Numbered from the stretch's first letter, positions 1-9,514 are shown. The stretch: 64,000 nucleotides of DNA from Candidatus Latescibacterota bacterium (GCA_965221775.1 CBDCSU010000006.1:608001-672000); one strand, 5' to 3'. The notes: generated by a model not told the origin, from the letters alone. Translations and numbers: made by a program.

Positions 1-138
1 CGTGTGCAGGATGAGGTCGGGCGCCTCGGACTCGGCCACCTCCAGCAGCCCCCGGAGCGCCTCCAGGTGATCCGGCGTGCGGTCGTGCCGGCCGAGCTTC
101 GCCCCCAGGTGCCAGTCGGAGGTATGGAGCAGCTTCAC
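1..138 (-). CDS. sbcD: SbcD/Mre11-family nuclease, N-terminus only (runs off window edge)
   Basis: Manual translation from GTG at 138 gives MKLLHTSDWHLGAKLGRHDRT..., the metallophosphoesterase motif I. The start overlaps the herA stop (GTGA). Confidence 0.85.
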   Translation of the reverse strand, partial: MKLLHTSDWHLGAKLGRHDRTPDHLEALRGLLEVAESEAPDLILHT

Positions 139-1958
139 AGGTCCCGTTCCGGACCTGCCAGGGCGTCCAGGTTGTTGCGGATTCCTTCGGTCTGCTGCCG
201 GTCCGCGGCCTCGTCCGCCGCCGCCTCGTCGGGATTGGTGGCGAAGGGCGGGAAGGGGAAGCGGATGGGAATGGGCTCGGGCACGATCGGCTGGGAGGCG
301 ACCATGGTGCCCGGCATGAAGCGGGTGGCGCGCTCGCGCAGGGCCGGGGTGAGGAAGCGGTAGGTCTCCGACTCGCTGGCATCCAGCCGTCCCGCCACCT
401 TCAGCGACGCGTTGCGCGGCAGCGGCTGGGCCACGGCGGAAGCCGCCTGCTGGGCGCCGATGAGCAGCACCCCGAGGGATCGGCCGCGTTCGGCGATGTC
501 CACCAGCAGGTCCCTGAGCGGCGAGAACCCCTGGGCCGGCGCGTACTTGTTCAGCTCGTCGAGCACGACGAAGCGCAAGGGCAGGCGGCCGCTCCCCTGC
601 TTGTCGCGCCAGATGCGGTCGAGGAGAGCGCCCACGACGAAGCGCTGGGCGTCGTCGTGGAGGCGCGAGATGTCCACCACGTGGAGGCGGGCGTTCTCCA
701 GGGACAGCGGCTCCAGGCCGCAGCCGACGAGGGGTCCGAGGTGGCGGCGCAGGCGCAGCAGCCGGCGCAGGAAGGCCTGCCGGGTACCGCTCTGGGTGCG
801 CCCGAACCAGGCGTCGACCGAGGCCTCGTCCTCCTCGGCGGCGGCCTGGTCCAGCAGGTCGATCAGGTCGCCGAACTGGCGGATCACGTCTCCGTCGCCG
901 GCGGTCGCCTCCTCCGGCTCGCGCTCCGCCAGGCGGTCGGGGTTGTAGCTGGTGTCGGCGGGAATCCTATGGGCGATCACCACCGCGCCCGTGGAATCGC
1001 CCGCCAGTCGGCGCAGCCGGCGCAGGAGCTGGATGCGCACCTGCTGCTCCACGAAGCCGACCTGCGTCGCCCGCTCGTCTTCCGAGGTGAAGCAGAACTG
1101 GAGCAGCTGATCGCGGATGAACCGCTCCGGCGTCCAGCCGTAGGCCTCCACGTCGCCGGTGGCGCGGGAGTGCACCTCCGGCGTGAGATGGTCGCCCCTG
1201 GCGGTCCCCCGCGGCGCGTAGAGCCGCACCGAGCGGAAGGGTCCGGGGTCGGCCACGCCCAGCGCCTGCCACGATTCGTGCTGATCCGGCCTGCCGGCGA
1301 ACTCGCTGTTGGCGCGGTCCAGGTGGAGCAGGTCCTCGCCCTTGGTGTTGAAGACCAGGGCCCGCACCCCGTCCCGTTCGGCGCGGCCCCCGAGCAGTTC
1401 CATGCCCCCATCCGTTTCCAGCAGTTGGTAGAGGAGGAACAGGGCGTAGGAGGTCTTGGTGGCCACCCCCGAGATTCCCGAGATCGAGACGTGGCCGCCG
1501 GAACGCCCGTCCACGAAGCGCATGTCGGCGTACACGGGGGAGCCGCCCATGTCCAGCCCCAGGGGCAGCTTGCCGCGGGTCATCTCGTCCTCGAAGAGGG
1601 CGAAGACCCGGTGCTCGCCGGTGGCGGGGGTCACCACCGCCCCGGCGTGGGGCGCCAGGAACAGCTCCGGCCGCACGCGCAGGACGCGCACCTGGGCGCG
1701 GCGGACCAGCTCGGCCGGCAGGGTCCGGTCGATGACGCGGCCCGTGTCGGAGGGCAGGTCCGCCCCCTCGAAGCGGGAGAGCAGCTCGGTGACGATGCCG
1801 TAGTGGATCACCTCTCGACCGTCGGGGAGCGCCGTGGTCACGGTGATCAGCTCGTCGAGCTGGATCACCACCTCCTCGTCCAGCACCACGTGAAAGGTCC
1901 GGGAGTCGCTGTCCACCGATCCATCGACCAGCCCGATGCGCGCCGGTCCGCCGCTCAT
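135..1958 (-). CDS. herA: HerA/FtsK-like ATPase
   Basis: N-terminal HAS-barrel-like region, variant Walker A (ISGISGVATKTS), Walker B (FVVLDELNKY), GAQQ motif. ATG at 1958 overlaps the upstream stop. Confidence 0.85.
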   Translation of the reverse strand: MSGGPARIGLVDGSVDSDSRTFHVVLDEEVVIQLDELITVTTALPDGREVIHYGIVTELLSRFEGADLPSDTGRVIDRTLPAELVRRAQVRVLRVRPELFLAPHAGAVVTPATGEHRVFALFEDEMTRGKLPLGLDMGGSPVYADMRFVDGRSGGHVSISGISGVATKTSYALFLLYQLLETDGGMELLGGRAERDGVRALVFNTKGEDLLHLDRANSEFAGRPDQHESWQALGVADPGPFRSVRLYAPRGTARGDHLTPEVHSRATGDVEAYGWTPERFIRDQLLQFCFTSEDERATQVGFVEQQVRIQLLRRLRRLAGDSTGAVVIAHRIPADTSYNPDRLAEREPEEATAGDGDVIRQFGDLIDLLDQAAAEEDEASVDAWFGRTQSGTRQAFLRRLLRLRRHLGPLVGCGLEPLSLENARLHVVDISRLHDDAQRFVVGALLDRIWRDKQGSGRLPLRFVVLDELNKYAPAQGFSPLRDLLVDIAERGRSLGVLLIGAQQAASAVAQPLPRNASLKVAGRLDASESETYRFLTPALRERATRFMPGTMVASQPIVPEPIPIRFPFPPFATNPDEAAADEAADRQQTEGIRNNLDALAGPERDL

Positions 1959-2938
1959 GCCGCGCTCCCCGGGGTCGAGGCCGAACGGTTGAGCTGCAGG
2001 ACCGCGGCCCTCACCGCGCGCAGGGCCAGGCGCGGGTCCCCCTGCAGGTGATGGAGATGGCGCTCCAGGCCGGCCACCGGGGTCATGTTCACCGGGGCGC
2101 GCACGTCGCGGTGCGGGGCGGATGCGAAGGCCGGCAGCCAGCTCGCCGCGGCCTCGGCGGTCTCCACGGCCAACCCCAGGCCGACGCCGGCGGGCACCTC
2201 GAGCCTGACGATCCCGGCCCACGGACCCGCCCACGGCGATGGCCGGCCGACCCGCAGATAGCAGCCGTAGAGGTCCTCCCCCATGGCGAACAGGCCGGAG
2301 CGCTCGCCGGAGGAGAGGCTCGGCACCTCGTTCCAAGCCTCGGGGGCCAGCATCGGCCGGTGATGGGTCTTGACGTAGCCGATGACCGGCAGGGTGCGGG
2401 TGCGGCGGATGTTGTGCAGGGGCCCGTCGATCACGGTGAGCCACCCCGTCTCCGAGAGCCCCTCGGCGATGTCGGCCTCGGTATCGCGCATCCTTCGTCT
2501 CAGGCGGTCGCGGGCGGCTTCCAGCTCGGTGCCGGTGATCGAGTCCGCCTCCCAGGACCATCCCCCGGCCTGCGGCGGGAGCTCGACGCGCTCGCCCGCG
2601 GTGAAGATCGCGGCCCTCCCCACGGTGATCTGGTCGAAGTGCAGGGGCTGCTGTCCATCGACCCGCACCGCACCCGCTCCCCAGCTTCCCGCCAGTCCGG
2701 CTACCGTCCCCTGCCCGCCGGTGAGGGTGAGGCCCGCCTCGACGCGCATCGTGCCGTCGACGAAGGCCAGCCTCCGGGGACGCTGCGCGGCTGCGGGCGA
2801 ATGGACGCGGAAGGCCCCGTCATCCTCGACCAGCTCGCAGGTTAGCGCCTCGGGGGCATCGGCGGGGACCTGGAAGCCGGCGCCGAAACCGGCCTCGAAA
2901 GGTTCCACGCCGATGGTGGTGCGGACCGGCTCCCTCAC
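1955..2938 (-). CDS. nurA: NurA-like nuclease
   Basis: FVDG, IDGPL, GYVKTH and RAPVN..P...LE motifs. Translationally coupled to herA. Confidence 0.75.
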   Translation of the reverse strand: MREPVRTTIGVEPFEAGFGAGFQVPADAPEALTCELVEDDGAFRVHSPAAAQRPRRLAFVDGTMRVEAGLTLTGGQGTVAGLAGSWGAGAVRVDGQQPLHFDQITVGRAAIFTAGERVELPPQAGGWSWEADSITGTELEAARDRLRRRMRDTEADIAEGLSETGWLTVIDGPLHNIRRTRTLPVIGYVKTHHRPMLAPEAWNEVPSLSSGERSGLFAMGEDLYGCYLRVGRPSPWAGPWAGIVRLEVPAGVGLGLAVETAEAAASWLPAFASAPHRDVRAPVNMTPVAGLERHLHHLQGDPRLALRAVRAAVLQLNRSASTPGSAA

Positions 2939-4104
2939 GCCGCCGTCTGGAACGGCTGCCAGTCCTCTCCCGCCGCCGCCGCCTGGCGCTCCAGCTCGCT
3001 GCGCCAGCCGACGACCTCGCCGGACTTGATGCGCTTGATGTCGTAGCCGGCGTAGCGGTCCTCCAGGGTGTCGCCCAGCCTCTGGGTCTCGGCCCAGCGG
3101 TCCCAGGCGGTCTTCATCCACTCGTGGGGCAGGGCCTCGCGCACGGCGGGGTCGAGCTGCCAGGCGCTGCGGGCGTCGGCCACGGTCGGCTCGCCGGTGG
3201 GGGGGCCGCCCCACTTCGTCCAGCCGATGGAGAGGGTGTTGCGCTCGCGGTCGGGGACGCAGTGGCCGGTGTGGATGGTGGCGCCGTTGCGGATCAGGGC
3301 CTCGCCGGCCTTGAGGCGGATGGCGGTCTGCCCCGGCAGGGGGTCCTCGCCGTTCCAGCTGGGGGTGTGGGGGACCCCCTTCTCCTTCATCGCCTTGGGC
3401 AGCAGCACGTCGTGCTCCAGGGGGGTGCGCCAGCGGTCGTGGGATCCCGGGATCAGCTCGTGGCACTCGTCGTCGGTCAGGGCCAGGAACATGCTCACCC
3501 CGCTGCGCTCGGTGATCGACTTGGCGTTGCTCTCCTGGATCTCCTTCCAGCGCCTGCGCTCCACCTCCTCGGAATACGCCTCGGGGCCCTCCGGCTCCTC
3601 GCCGCCCTGGGCGCGGTAGGGCTTGCCGGTGCCCCACCAGGTCGTGTCCCGGTGCCAGCCGAGCTTGTTCTCGCGCTTGCGGGGGTTGCACCACAGCAGC
3701 AGGCCGCCGAGGACCAGGTCCTCGCGCTGCAGCCCGCCGCACCAGGACTCGATGAAGGCCAGGAAGTCGTCGGAGCCGTGGAAGGCGGCGAAGTCCGGCT
3801 CCCCGAAGGCGGGGTGGACGAGGCCGCGGATCGCCCACGGCTCGTCCTCGGCGGCGCGGTGCACGTAGCCCCGGGAGCAGTCGATGCGGTCGTAGCCGTT
3901 CTCCGGGGCGCAGGCCTGGGTGATCCGGCGTCCGGCCTCGCGCAGGACGGGGATCCACGGGTTGTCGACGAAGTCGGTAATGATCACGAAGCCGTGCTCC
4001 CGGAGGTGCTCCAGCCGCTCCGGCGTGCCGCCCGGGGCGGCGAGCTCGGGCTTGGAGTCGGCGAAGGCGGGGGCGCGGTAGGTGGATGGCGAGTCGGCGG
4101 TCAT
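2935..4104 (-). CDS. Phytanoyl-CoA dioxygenase (PhyH) family protein
   Basis: HGFVII, WHRD (HxD), IPGSH and distal His (TIHTG). Confidence 0.8.
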   Translation of the reverse strand: MTADSPSTYRAPAFADSKPELAAPGGTPERLEHLREHGFVIITDFVDNPWIPVLREAGRRITQACAPENGYDRIDCSRGYVHRAAEDEPWAIRGLVHPAFGEPDFAAFHGSDDFLAFIESWCGGLQREDLVLGGLLLWCNPRKRENKLGWHRDTTWWGTGKPYRAQGGEEPEGPEAYSEEVERRRWKEIQESNAKSITERSGVSMFLALTDDECHELIPGSHDRWRTPLEHDVLLPKAMKEKGVPHTPSWNGEDPLPGQTAIRLKAGEALIRNGATIHTGHCVPDRERNTLSIGWTKWGGPPTGEPTVADARSAWQLDPAVREALPHEWMKTAWDRWAETQRLGDTLEDRYAGYDIKRIKSGEVVGWRSELERQAAAAGEDWQPFQTAA

Positions 4105-4234
4105 TTGCTTCCCTTTCCCCGAGAAGATGGGCGCTGCGTCGAACCGGCGTCGAAGGTATACGGCTGATGGTACCGAATCCACCGGAAGGCAGGCTCCGGC
4201 CAGTGTCGGCCGGCGCCTGGATGGGAAGAGTGTC

Positions 4235-4681
4235 TCACATATCGGCACGTAGGGGAAGCAGGATCTCATTCTCGATCCGAACCTCCAGAGCGCGCACGAC
4301 CTGGCATAGTCGCTGGTAGCTGGCGGAGGCGTAGCGTTCCGCCTCATACCGTTGGATCTGCTGCTCCTTGAGTTCCAGGCGTTGGGCAAGCGCCCGCTGG
4401 CTCAGTCCTGCCGCAATCCTGGCCTTGATCAGGCCGTCCGCAAGCTCTTCGAAGGAGGCTACCGAAATGACCGACATGTGGGCCGACTTGAGTTGCTCGT
4501 ACTCATCGAGCTCTTTCCGCAGGTCCGCCAGTTGGCTCTCCATGGCCTCCCGCTCGGCCTGCAGCAGCCTCGCGTGCACATCGTTACGTTCGTCCGCCAT
4601 GGCGTCGAACTCTTCGATCGCACGGGCAAAGCCGAGCGCCTTCTTTCGCGTGATCCGGTACTGTCTCTCGTTGGTGATCAT
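4235..4681 (-). CDS. XRE-family HTH protein (antitoxin-like)
   Basis: MITNERQY N-terminus plus C-terminal HTH (ARIAAGLSQRALAQRL..QQIQRYE). Confidence 0.8.
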   Translation of the reverse strand: MITNERQYRITRKKALGFARAIEEFDAMADERNDVHARLLQAEREAMESQLADLRKELDEYEQLKSAHMSVISVASFEELADGLIKARIAAGLSQRALAQRLELKEQQIQRYEAERYASASYQRLCQVVRALEVRIENEILLPLRADM

Positions 4682-4700
4682 GGCACGCTCCCCAAATCGA

Positions 4701-4859
4701 TCAGCCGGCCGCTGCCACGTTGCGGCACGCAGCTAGCAAACCTTCCATCAGTCGCGCTCCGTGGCAGTTGCCGGCGAAGCGACCGGCGACATCGTGCCAT
4801 CCGGCAACGTGGACGCCTGGCAGGAGGTAGCCAGTCTCGGGGTCAGGCTCAAGCATCAT
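4701..4859 (-). pseudogene. Truncated DUF6932-like (nucleotidyltransferase-type toxin) N-terminal fragment
   Basis: GYLLPGVH..W..RF..N..GARLMEGL stops after ~52 aa, before any catalytic region. Lies upstream of the HTH gene. Confidence 0.5.
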
Positions 4860-4887
4860 GAACACAACATTATCATTGTGTTGATCG

Positions 4888-5266
4888 GTGCCAACCCCCC
4901 AAAGCGGCCGCGCCCTCGTCCTGAGCCACCTTCCGTACCGCGTCATCGGCCTGGAGGTGAGCACCGGGCGGCCGGCGGGCACCGCCTGGCGCCCCGGCGA
5001 GAGCGTGGAGGTTTCCTCGCCGTGGTCATCTCCGAGGCGATCCTCAGCCCGGCCGGCGAAGCACGTGATCCGCGTCGACGTGACCGATCCCGCCGGGGAG
5101 GAGGCCGGCGCCCACGGCGGGAAACTTCGACGCCCCCGGGGGCGACCTGGAGTTGCGCCTGCCCCTGGCCCTCAACGCGCCGGAGGGTGCCTGGACCCTG
5201 CGGGTGCGGGACGTGGGCTCGGGCGTGACCGCCGTCCGGCGTTTCGAGGTTGTGCCGGCGGAGTAG
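4888..5266 (+). pseudogene. Frameshifted C-terminal remnant of a large protein (Ig-like beta-sandwich end)
   Basis: Pieces in different frames: RALVLSHLPYRV..., KHVIRVDVTDPAG..., LPLALNAPEGAWTLRVRDVGSG...VVPAE*. Confidence 0.4.
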
Positions 5267-5641
5267 ACTGCGCCATCCACGGAGGATGCGATGGATCCCG
5301 AGAAGCGTCCGCTGGGACGCGTACCGGAAGAGGAGCCCCTCACCAGATCCTCGCCGGGCAATCTGGAACCCGGTCTCCACCAGGCCTGAACCCCCGAGGA
5401 CCGACTCCCCGTGCGGTGAGTGGGGCTCGCCGGTACTCGCGGTCTTCTGACCCTGGTGGCCTCCGGTATCGAGCTTCGGGGCGGAGTGAGCGGCATCCAG
5501 AGGAACCACGGCGCCAGACTCTACGCACCCTCTCCCTTGCGGTACTACGTGAGCCACCGTATACTCCTGTGTGTTTCAGTTGTACATATCCCTACCGCGT
5601 GCTACTGCCGGCCCTGGTGACCGATGCGAGAGGTGAAATTG

Positions 5642-6067
5642 ATGGCGGACGAGCAGCAGGACGACCTCAAGGAGGAAGCGAGCCTGTCGTTTCGGGCGAA
5701 CGCTGCGGATCTAGCCTCAATGCTGGCCATCGGTGAGCACATCACCGATTTGACGCGGAACATCGACCCCGATTGCTCCGTGACAGGCACGACCTCTCGC
5801 GCCGGGATCATCAGGTACGCCATCCGACAGGTTGGTCATCTGGTTCAGACACCGGCCGGACGGCGTGTGTTAACCTACGCCGGGCGCAAGGAGCTTCGGA
5901 TGTATCGCCGCGCACAGAGCGCCTTCGCCGGCTCGTGGCATTGGGTTGAGACCTGCTCTGGGTGGCCTAGGACGAACTTCCTTGAGCAACTTGAGCGGCC
6001 CCCGGGGGAAGCTCTTTGCCCTACGTGCAGACAACTAGAAGCGAACGAAACAGAGAACCTAGGTTAG
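5642..6067 (+). CDS. Hypothetical: ribbon-helix-helix-like N-terminus plus small Cys/His metal-binding domain
   Basis: GAGGTG RBS; LSFR...SRAGIIRYAIR; WHW..TCSGWP...LCPTC. Confidence 0.5.
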   Translation: MADEQQDDLKEEASLSFRANAADLASMLAIGEHITDLTRNIDPDCSVTGTTSRAGIIRYAIRQVGHLVQTPAGRRVLTYAGRKELRMYRRAQSAFAGSWHWVETCSGWPRTNFLEQLERPPGEALCPTCRQLEANETENLG

Positions 6068-6087
6068 ACAACGAGGAGGAGTGCACC

Positions 6088-6381
6088 ATGGCCCTAGAAC
6101 CTGGAAACGCCGATGGACCCATCGGACCGACGGGGATCGTCAAGGAGCTAACCATTTACATCAATGCCCGGTCGGTGCTCTGGGACAAGCCGACCATTAG
6201 CTTTACGCAAGTGGTCGAGCAGTGGAACCAGCTCGATCCGGAACGATACGTAATCGGTGATCTGCCTGGCATCAACTGGACGGCGATGGACGGAACAAAG
6301 GGTATTTTCTATCCGTCGGATGAACCAATGGCCGTCGTTGATGAACTAGCGTTCAAGATCGACGACTCGTATCTCGCATAG
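6088..6381 (+). CDS. Ubiquitin-like (multi-ubiquitin family beta-grasp) protein
   Basis: Strong RBS GAGGAGGAG. LTIYINAR...ISFTQVV...G.F......V.D.L.FKI pattern of Multi_ubiq domains. Immediately upstream of the ThiF gene. Confidence 0.65.
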   Translation: MALEPGNADGPIGPTGIVKELTIYINARSVLWDKPTISFTQVVEQWNQLDPERYVIGDLPGINWTAMDGTKGIFYPSDEPMAVVDELAFKIDDSYLA

Positions 6382-6390
6382 GGGAAGCGT

Positions 6391-7527
6391 GTGTCTGAGC
6401 ATGAATCACTGGCTCGCCGCGAAGCGGAGCGACGGGGGTGGATAATTGAACGCCGAGACCTAGAAATAGGTGCAGTAGGGGTACCCTGTTTTGTCACACC
6501 CAATACGGCAGGCAGGTGTCACATCTGGGTAGGCATCGGCCCAAACTCAGACGAGCTCACAGCAAACCACGACTGGCAGCAAAATGCTCCGCACACGGCC
6601 GATGTGCGAGGCTTATCACATGGTCGATTGTACGACCGCTCCGGCAACGAGTTGACAAACGGCGTGATTGGGCGAGCTCAAACCAGCCTTGTTCTTTCGA
6701 TCAAGCTTAAAGGCCGTGAGTATGAGGACGCTTGGGAAGCCCTGAACAACTATGTCAAGCAGATCTACGCCCTGTTCCTCGGCCGATCCGCATCGAGAGA
6801 AGAAGCAGCTCCTCGCCCCTATGCGTTCGATGTGCTCGGTGACCAACTGCCAGAAGCGGTGGATTGGAGGGGTCTAGTAGCACAAGAGGGCGTGACGATT
6901 GTCGGACTCGGTGGCGTCGGCGCATGGATAGCAGACCTTGTTCTCAAGGCCGATCCTCGAGAAGTTCACGGCTGGGACTACGACTGCATCGAACCCAAGA
7001 ACATACTACGCATGCCCGGTGGACTTGATCCGAGCGCCTGGATTGGGAGACCCAAGGCCGACTGGTTCCAGGAGACCTACTCCCTCATCCACACAAATGT
7101 ACATGGCCACAATGTAAAGGTGCTCCCTGGAAACGTGCAGGAGGTCATTGCAGGAACCACTTTCGCCTTCGTAGCCGTGGACGACGCTCACGACCGGATG
7201 ATGGTGTGTGACGCGCTGGCCAGCGCTGGAGTCCCCTTCGTGGTGGTAGGACTTTCACCCGTACGCAAGGACAAGCGAGTCAGAGTTTCCATGCGGACGG
7301 TAACAGCCCATGTCGGCACGTCCTCTTGGAGGAATGCTATCCCTCAGGTTGGCCAAGCAGGACAGGACGACTACGGAAGTCTTGACTTGCCCGACGTCTA
7401 CGCAATGGCTGCGGGCTGGGCAATTCAGTCCTGGCGCAAGATGCGCGGCCAATTCTGGCAGGAGCAAAGGGAGGAATGCCTCGACTATAGTGCTAGTGAC
7501 CAGTCTCTCATAGTGAGAGGGGTCTAA
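6391..7527 (+). CDS. ThiF/E1-like adenylyltransferase with N-terminal DUF6791-like (E2-like) domain
   Basis: IVGLGGVGAW Rossmann motif, DYDCIEPKNILR, FVAVD. N-terminal ~140 aa includes VPCFVT and Y...WE.LNNYV. Confidence 0.8.
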   Translation: MSEHESLARREAERRGWIIERRDLEIGAVGVPCFVTPNTAGRCHIWVGIGPNSDELTANHDWQQNAPHTADVRGLSHGRLYDRSGNELTNGVIGRAQTSLVLSIKLKGREYEDAWEALNNYVKQIYALFLGRSASREEAAPRPYAFDVLGDQLPEAVDWRGLVAQEGVTIVGLGGVGAWIADLVLKADPREVHGWDYDCIEPKNILRMPGGLDPSAWIGRPKADWFQETYSLIHTNVHGHNVKVLPGNVQEVIAGTTFAFVAVDDAHDRMMVCDALASAGVPFVVVGLSPVRKDKRVRVSMRTVTAHVGTSSWRNAIPQVGQAGQDDYGSLDLPDVYAMAAGWAIQSWRKMRGQFWQEQREECLDYSASDQSLIVRGV

Positions 7528-7528
7528 G

Positions 7529-7924
7529 ATGCACTTCTGGAAGTGGATGAAGCGGGGGACACGAAATACCCAACCCCACCATGCTGTGAGGAACCGAGAG
7601 TCAATGGTATTGAAGCCAATGTTTGTTGAGACAATCCCGCACCTACCCGAAATGGAGAGAGGTACACTCTACGTCAGCATGCGCTTCGCTACCCTCTCCC
7701 ATCTGTGTCCCTGCGGGTGTGGTCGTTTGGTCGACGTGACGCTGAACCCTGAGACCCGTAGTTTGATCTACGATGGTGAGTATCTAACTCTAAGACCTTC
7801 GATCGGGGTCAAGTTCCCATGCAGAAGCCACTACTCGATCATTCGGAATGCGATCATGTGGCACCCGCGGATCTCCAAGTGCGAGAGCAGGTGGTACGAC
7901 CGCTTTAGGAAGAGATGGGCCTAA
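7529..7924 (+). CDS. DUF6527 family putative metal-binding protein
   Basis: FVETIP..E.GTLYVS...HLCPCGCG...TLRPSIG..FPCRSHY. Start may be at the later MVLKP. Confidence 0.8.
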   Translation: MHFWKWMKRGTRNTQPHHAVRNRESMVLKPMFVETIPHLPEMERGTLYVSMRFATLSHLCPCGCGRLVDVTLNPETRSLIYDGEYLTLRPSIGVKFPCRSHYSIIRNAIMWHPRISKCESRWYDRFRKRWA

Positions 7925-8044
7925 GGACAATAGACCATCTAACTCTCCCCTTGGCATGTAGCGACCTCTTGCCGTCTGCGACTCTTTGGAGGCTACATGA
8001 ACACATTGGGGGCAGATGCCCTCCAGAAAGGACGAGAAACCAAC

Positions 8045-8545
8045 GTGCCATATCGAAATAAGACGTTCGTATCGTTTGACGGGGACACAGACATTCACTA
8101 CTACCGGTTAATGCAGGCGTGGAAGCAAAGCGACGGCATGGACTTCAACTTCTACGACGCCCATGATCTGAACACCGCACGGGACTCGAGCCGAGAGGAG
8201 TCGATCAAGGCGCAGCTAGCGGCTCGAATGCGTGCGACCAAGATCTTTGTGCTCTTGATCGGAGAGCATACCCGGTATCTTAGGAAGTTCGTGCGTTGGG
8301 AAATCGAACAGGCGCTCAGGCGGGAACTACCGATCATTGCGGTCAACCTCAATGGAAGGCGTCACCTCGACGATGCCAGGTGCCCTCCCCTACTTCGAGA
8401 AGAACTCGCCATTCATGTCAGCTTTAACGCATCCATCATTCAGCGTGCGATGGATGCGTGGCCTTCTTTCCACAGCGGCAAGCTTGGCAAGGAGTCTGGT
8501 CCGCACTACTACCAGGATTCTGTCTACCAGGAATTGGGCCTGTGA
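8045..8545 (+). CDS. thsB: Thoeris ThsB-like TIR domain protein
   Basis: YRNKTFVSFDGD.D, FYDAHDL, VLLIG..T, FVRWEIE (catalytic Glu), PIIAVN. Confidence 0.8.
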   Translation: MPYRNKTFVSFDGDTDIHYYRLMQAWKQSDGMDFNFYDAHDLNTARDSSREESIKAQLAARMRATKIFVLLIGEHTRYLRKFVRWEIEQALRRELPIIAVNLNGRRHLDDARCPPLLREELAIHVSFNASIIQRAMDAWPSFHSGKLGKESGPHYYQDSVYQELGL

Positions 8546-9480
8546 CCCTTAGTCGCCTTCGATTCCAGGCCATGGCATGGATCAAGGAGGTGGCGTCAAC
8601 AAGAGCTCTCTCTATCATGTTTGGCGTGGCCGGCGCATACTTCCTGCTTTACAAGATGGCCGCGTTGTTCTTGGAGGACACGCCGATTCACCAGCTCCTG
8701 AGACAGCTTTGGTGGCTTGGTTTTCTTGTTGGTGGCACTTACGCCCTGTGGGTTTGCAGGCCACGAACCTCGATAACCCACAGGCTCTCGGGACGGGACG
8801 TGACGCTCGAGATTGCTGTGGGTGATGTTCTGTCCTTCACTGGCGACCTTGTGATAGGCAGCAATACGACATTCGACACGAAGGTATCGAAAAGGCTCAT
8901 TTCCAAGGAGAGTGTGCAAGGCCAATTCCTGGCGCGGTACTACGGAAGCGACAGTGACACGCTCGACGGGGAGCTTCGTGACCAACTGGATGATCTCTCA
9001 GCGGAAGTACTTGCCGGAGACCGTGTCGGCAAGAGCGCGAGGTACGAGTTGGGGACGGTTGTCCAAGTTCATCCTGATCGCCGGCATCCAAACCGCCGAG
9101 CCTACCTTCTAGCGATCGCGGATATCAATGAGGGAGGGGTGGCGCGCGGTGACTTTGAAGGGCTAAAGCGAGCGCTCGCTGCGCTGTGGGTGTACGTAGG
9201 TGCTCGCGGTGCAATTTCACCTTTGGTTGCGCCGGTCCTGGGTACTGGTTTCTCGAGGCTGTCAGAAAAGAGAGAGGAAGTCGTTCGTGAGATGTTTCGG
9301 TCGTTCGTGGCTGCCTGCTCCGATGGCGTGTTCACGCCGCGATTCACGGTCGTGCTCGGTTGGCAGGACGTTGTTGAACACAACATATCGATAGAAGAGC
9401 TTGGGCTGTTTGTTAGGCATCTCTGCCTCTACGCCGAACATTCGAGGGCTGACGTAGATCCAATTGGGGCTCCGGTATAG
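8542..9480 (+). CDS. thsA: Thoeris type II ThsA-like effector: 2 TM helices plus macro domain (DUF6430-like)
   Basis: Two N-terminal hydrophobic helices; VGDV, GSNTTFDT, SVQGQF, PVLGTGFSR macro motifs. GTGA overlap with the TIR gene. Confidence 0.75.
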   Translation: MTLSRLRFQAMAWIKEVASTRALSIMFGVAGAYFLLYKMAALFLEDTPIHQLLRQLWWLGFLVGGTYALWVCRPRTSITHRLSGRDVTLEIAVGDVLSFTGDLVIGSNTTFDTKVSKRLISKESVQGQFLARYYGSDSDTLDGELRDQLDDLSAEVLAGDRVGKSARYELGTVVQVHPDRRHPNRRAYLLAIADINEGGVARGDFEGLKRALAALWVYVGARGAISPLVAPVLGTGFSRLSEKREEVVREMFRSFVAACSDGVFTPRFTVVLGWQDVVEHNISIEELGLFVRHLCLYAEHSRADVDPIGAPV

Positions 9481-9514
9481 ATCTGAGAAGATGCCGGGTG
9501 TAGATTGGTCCCGG

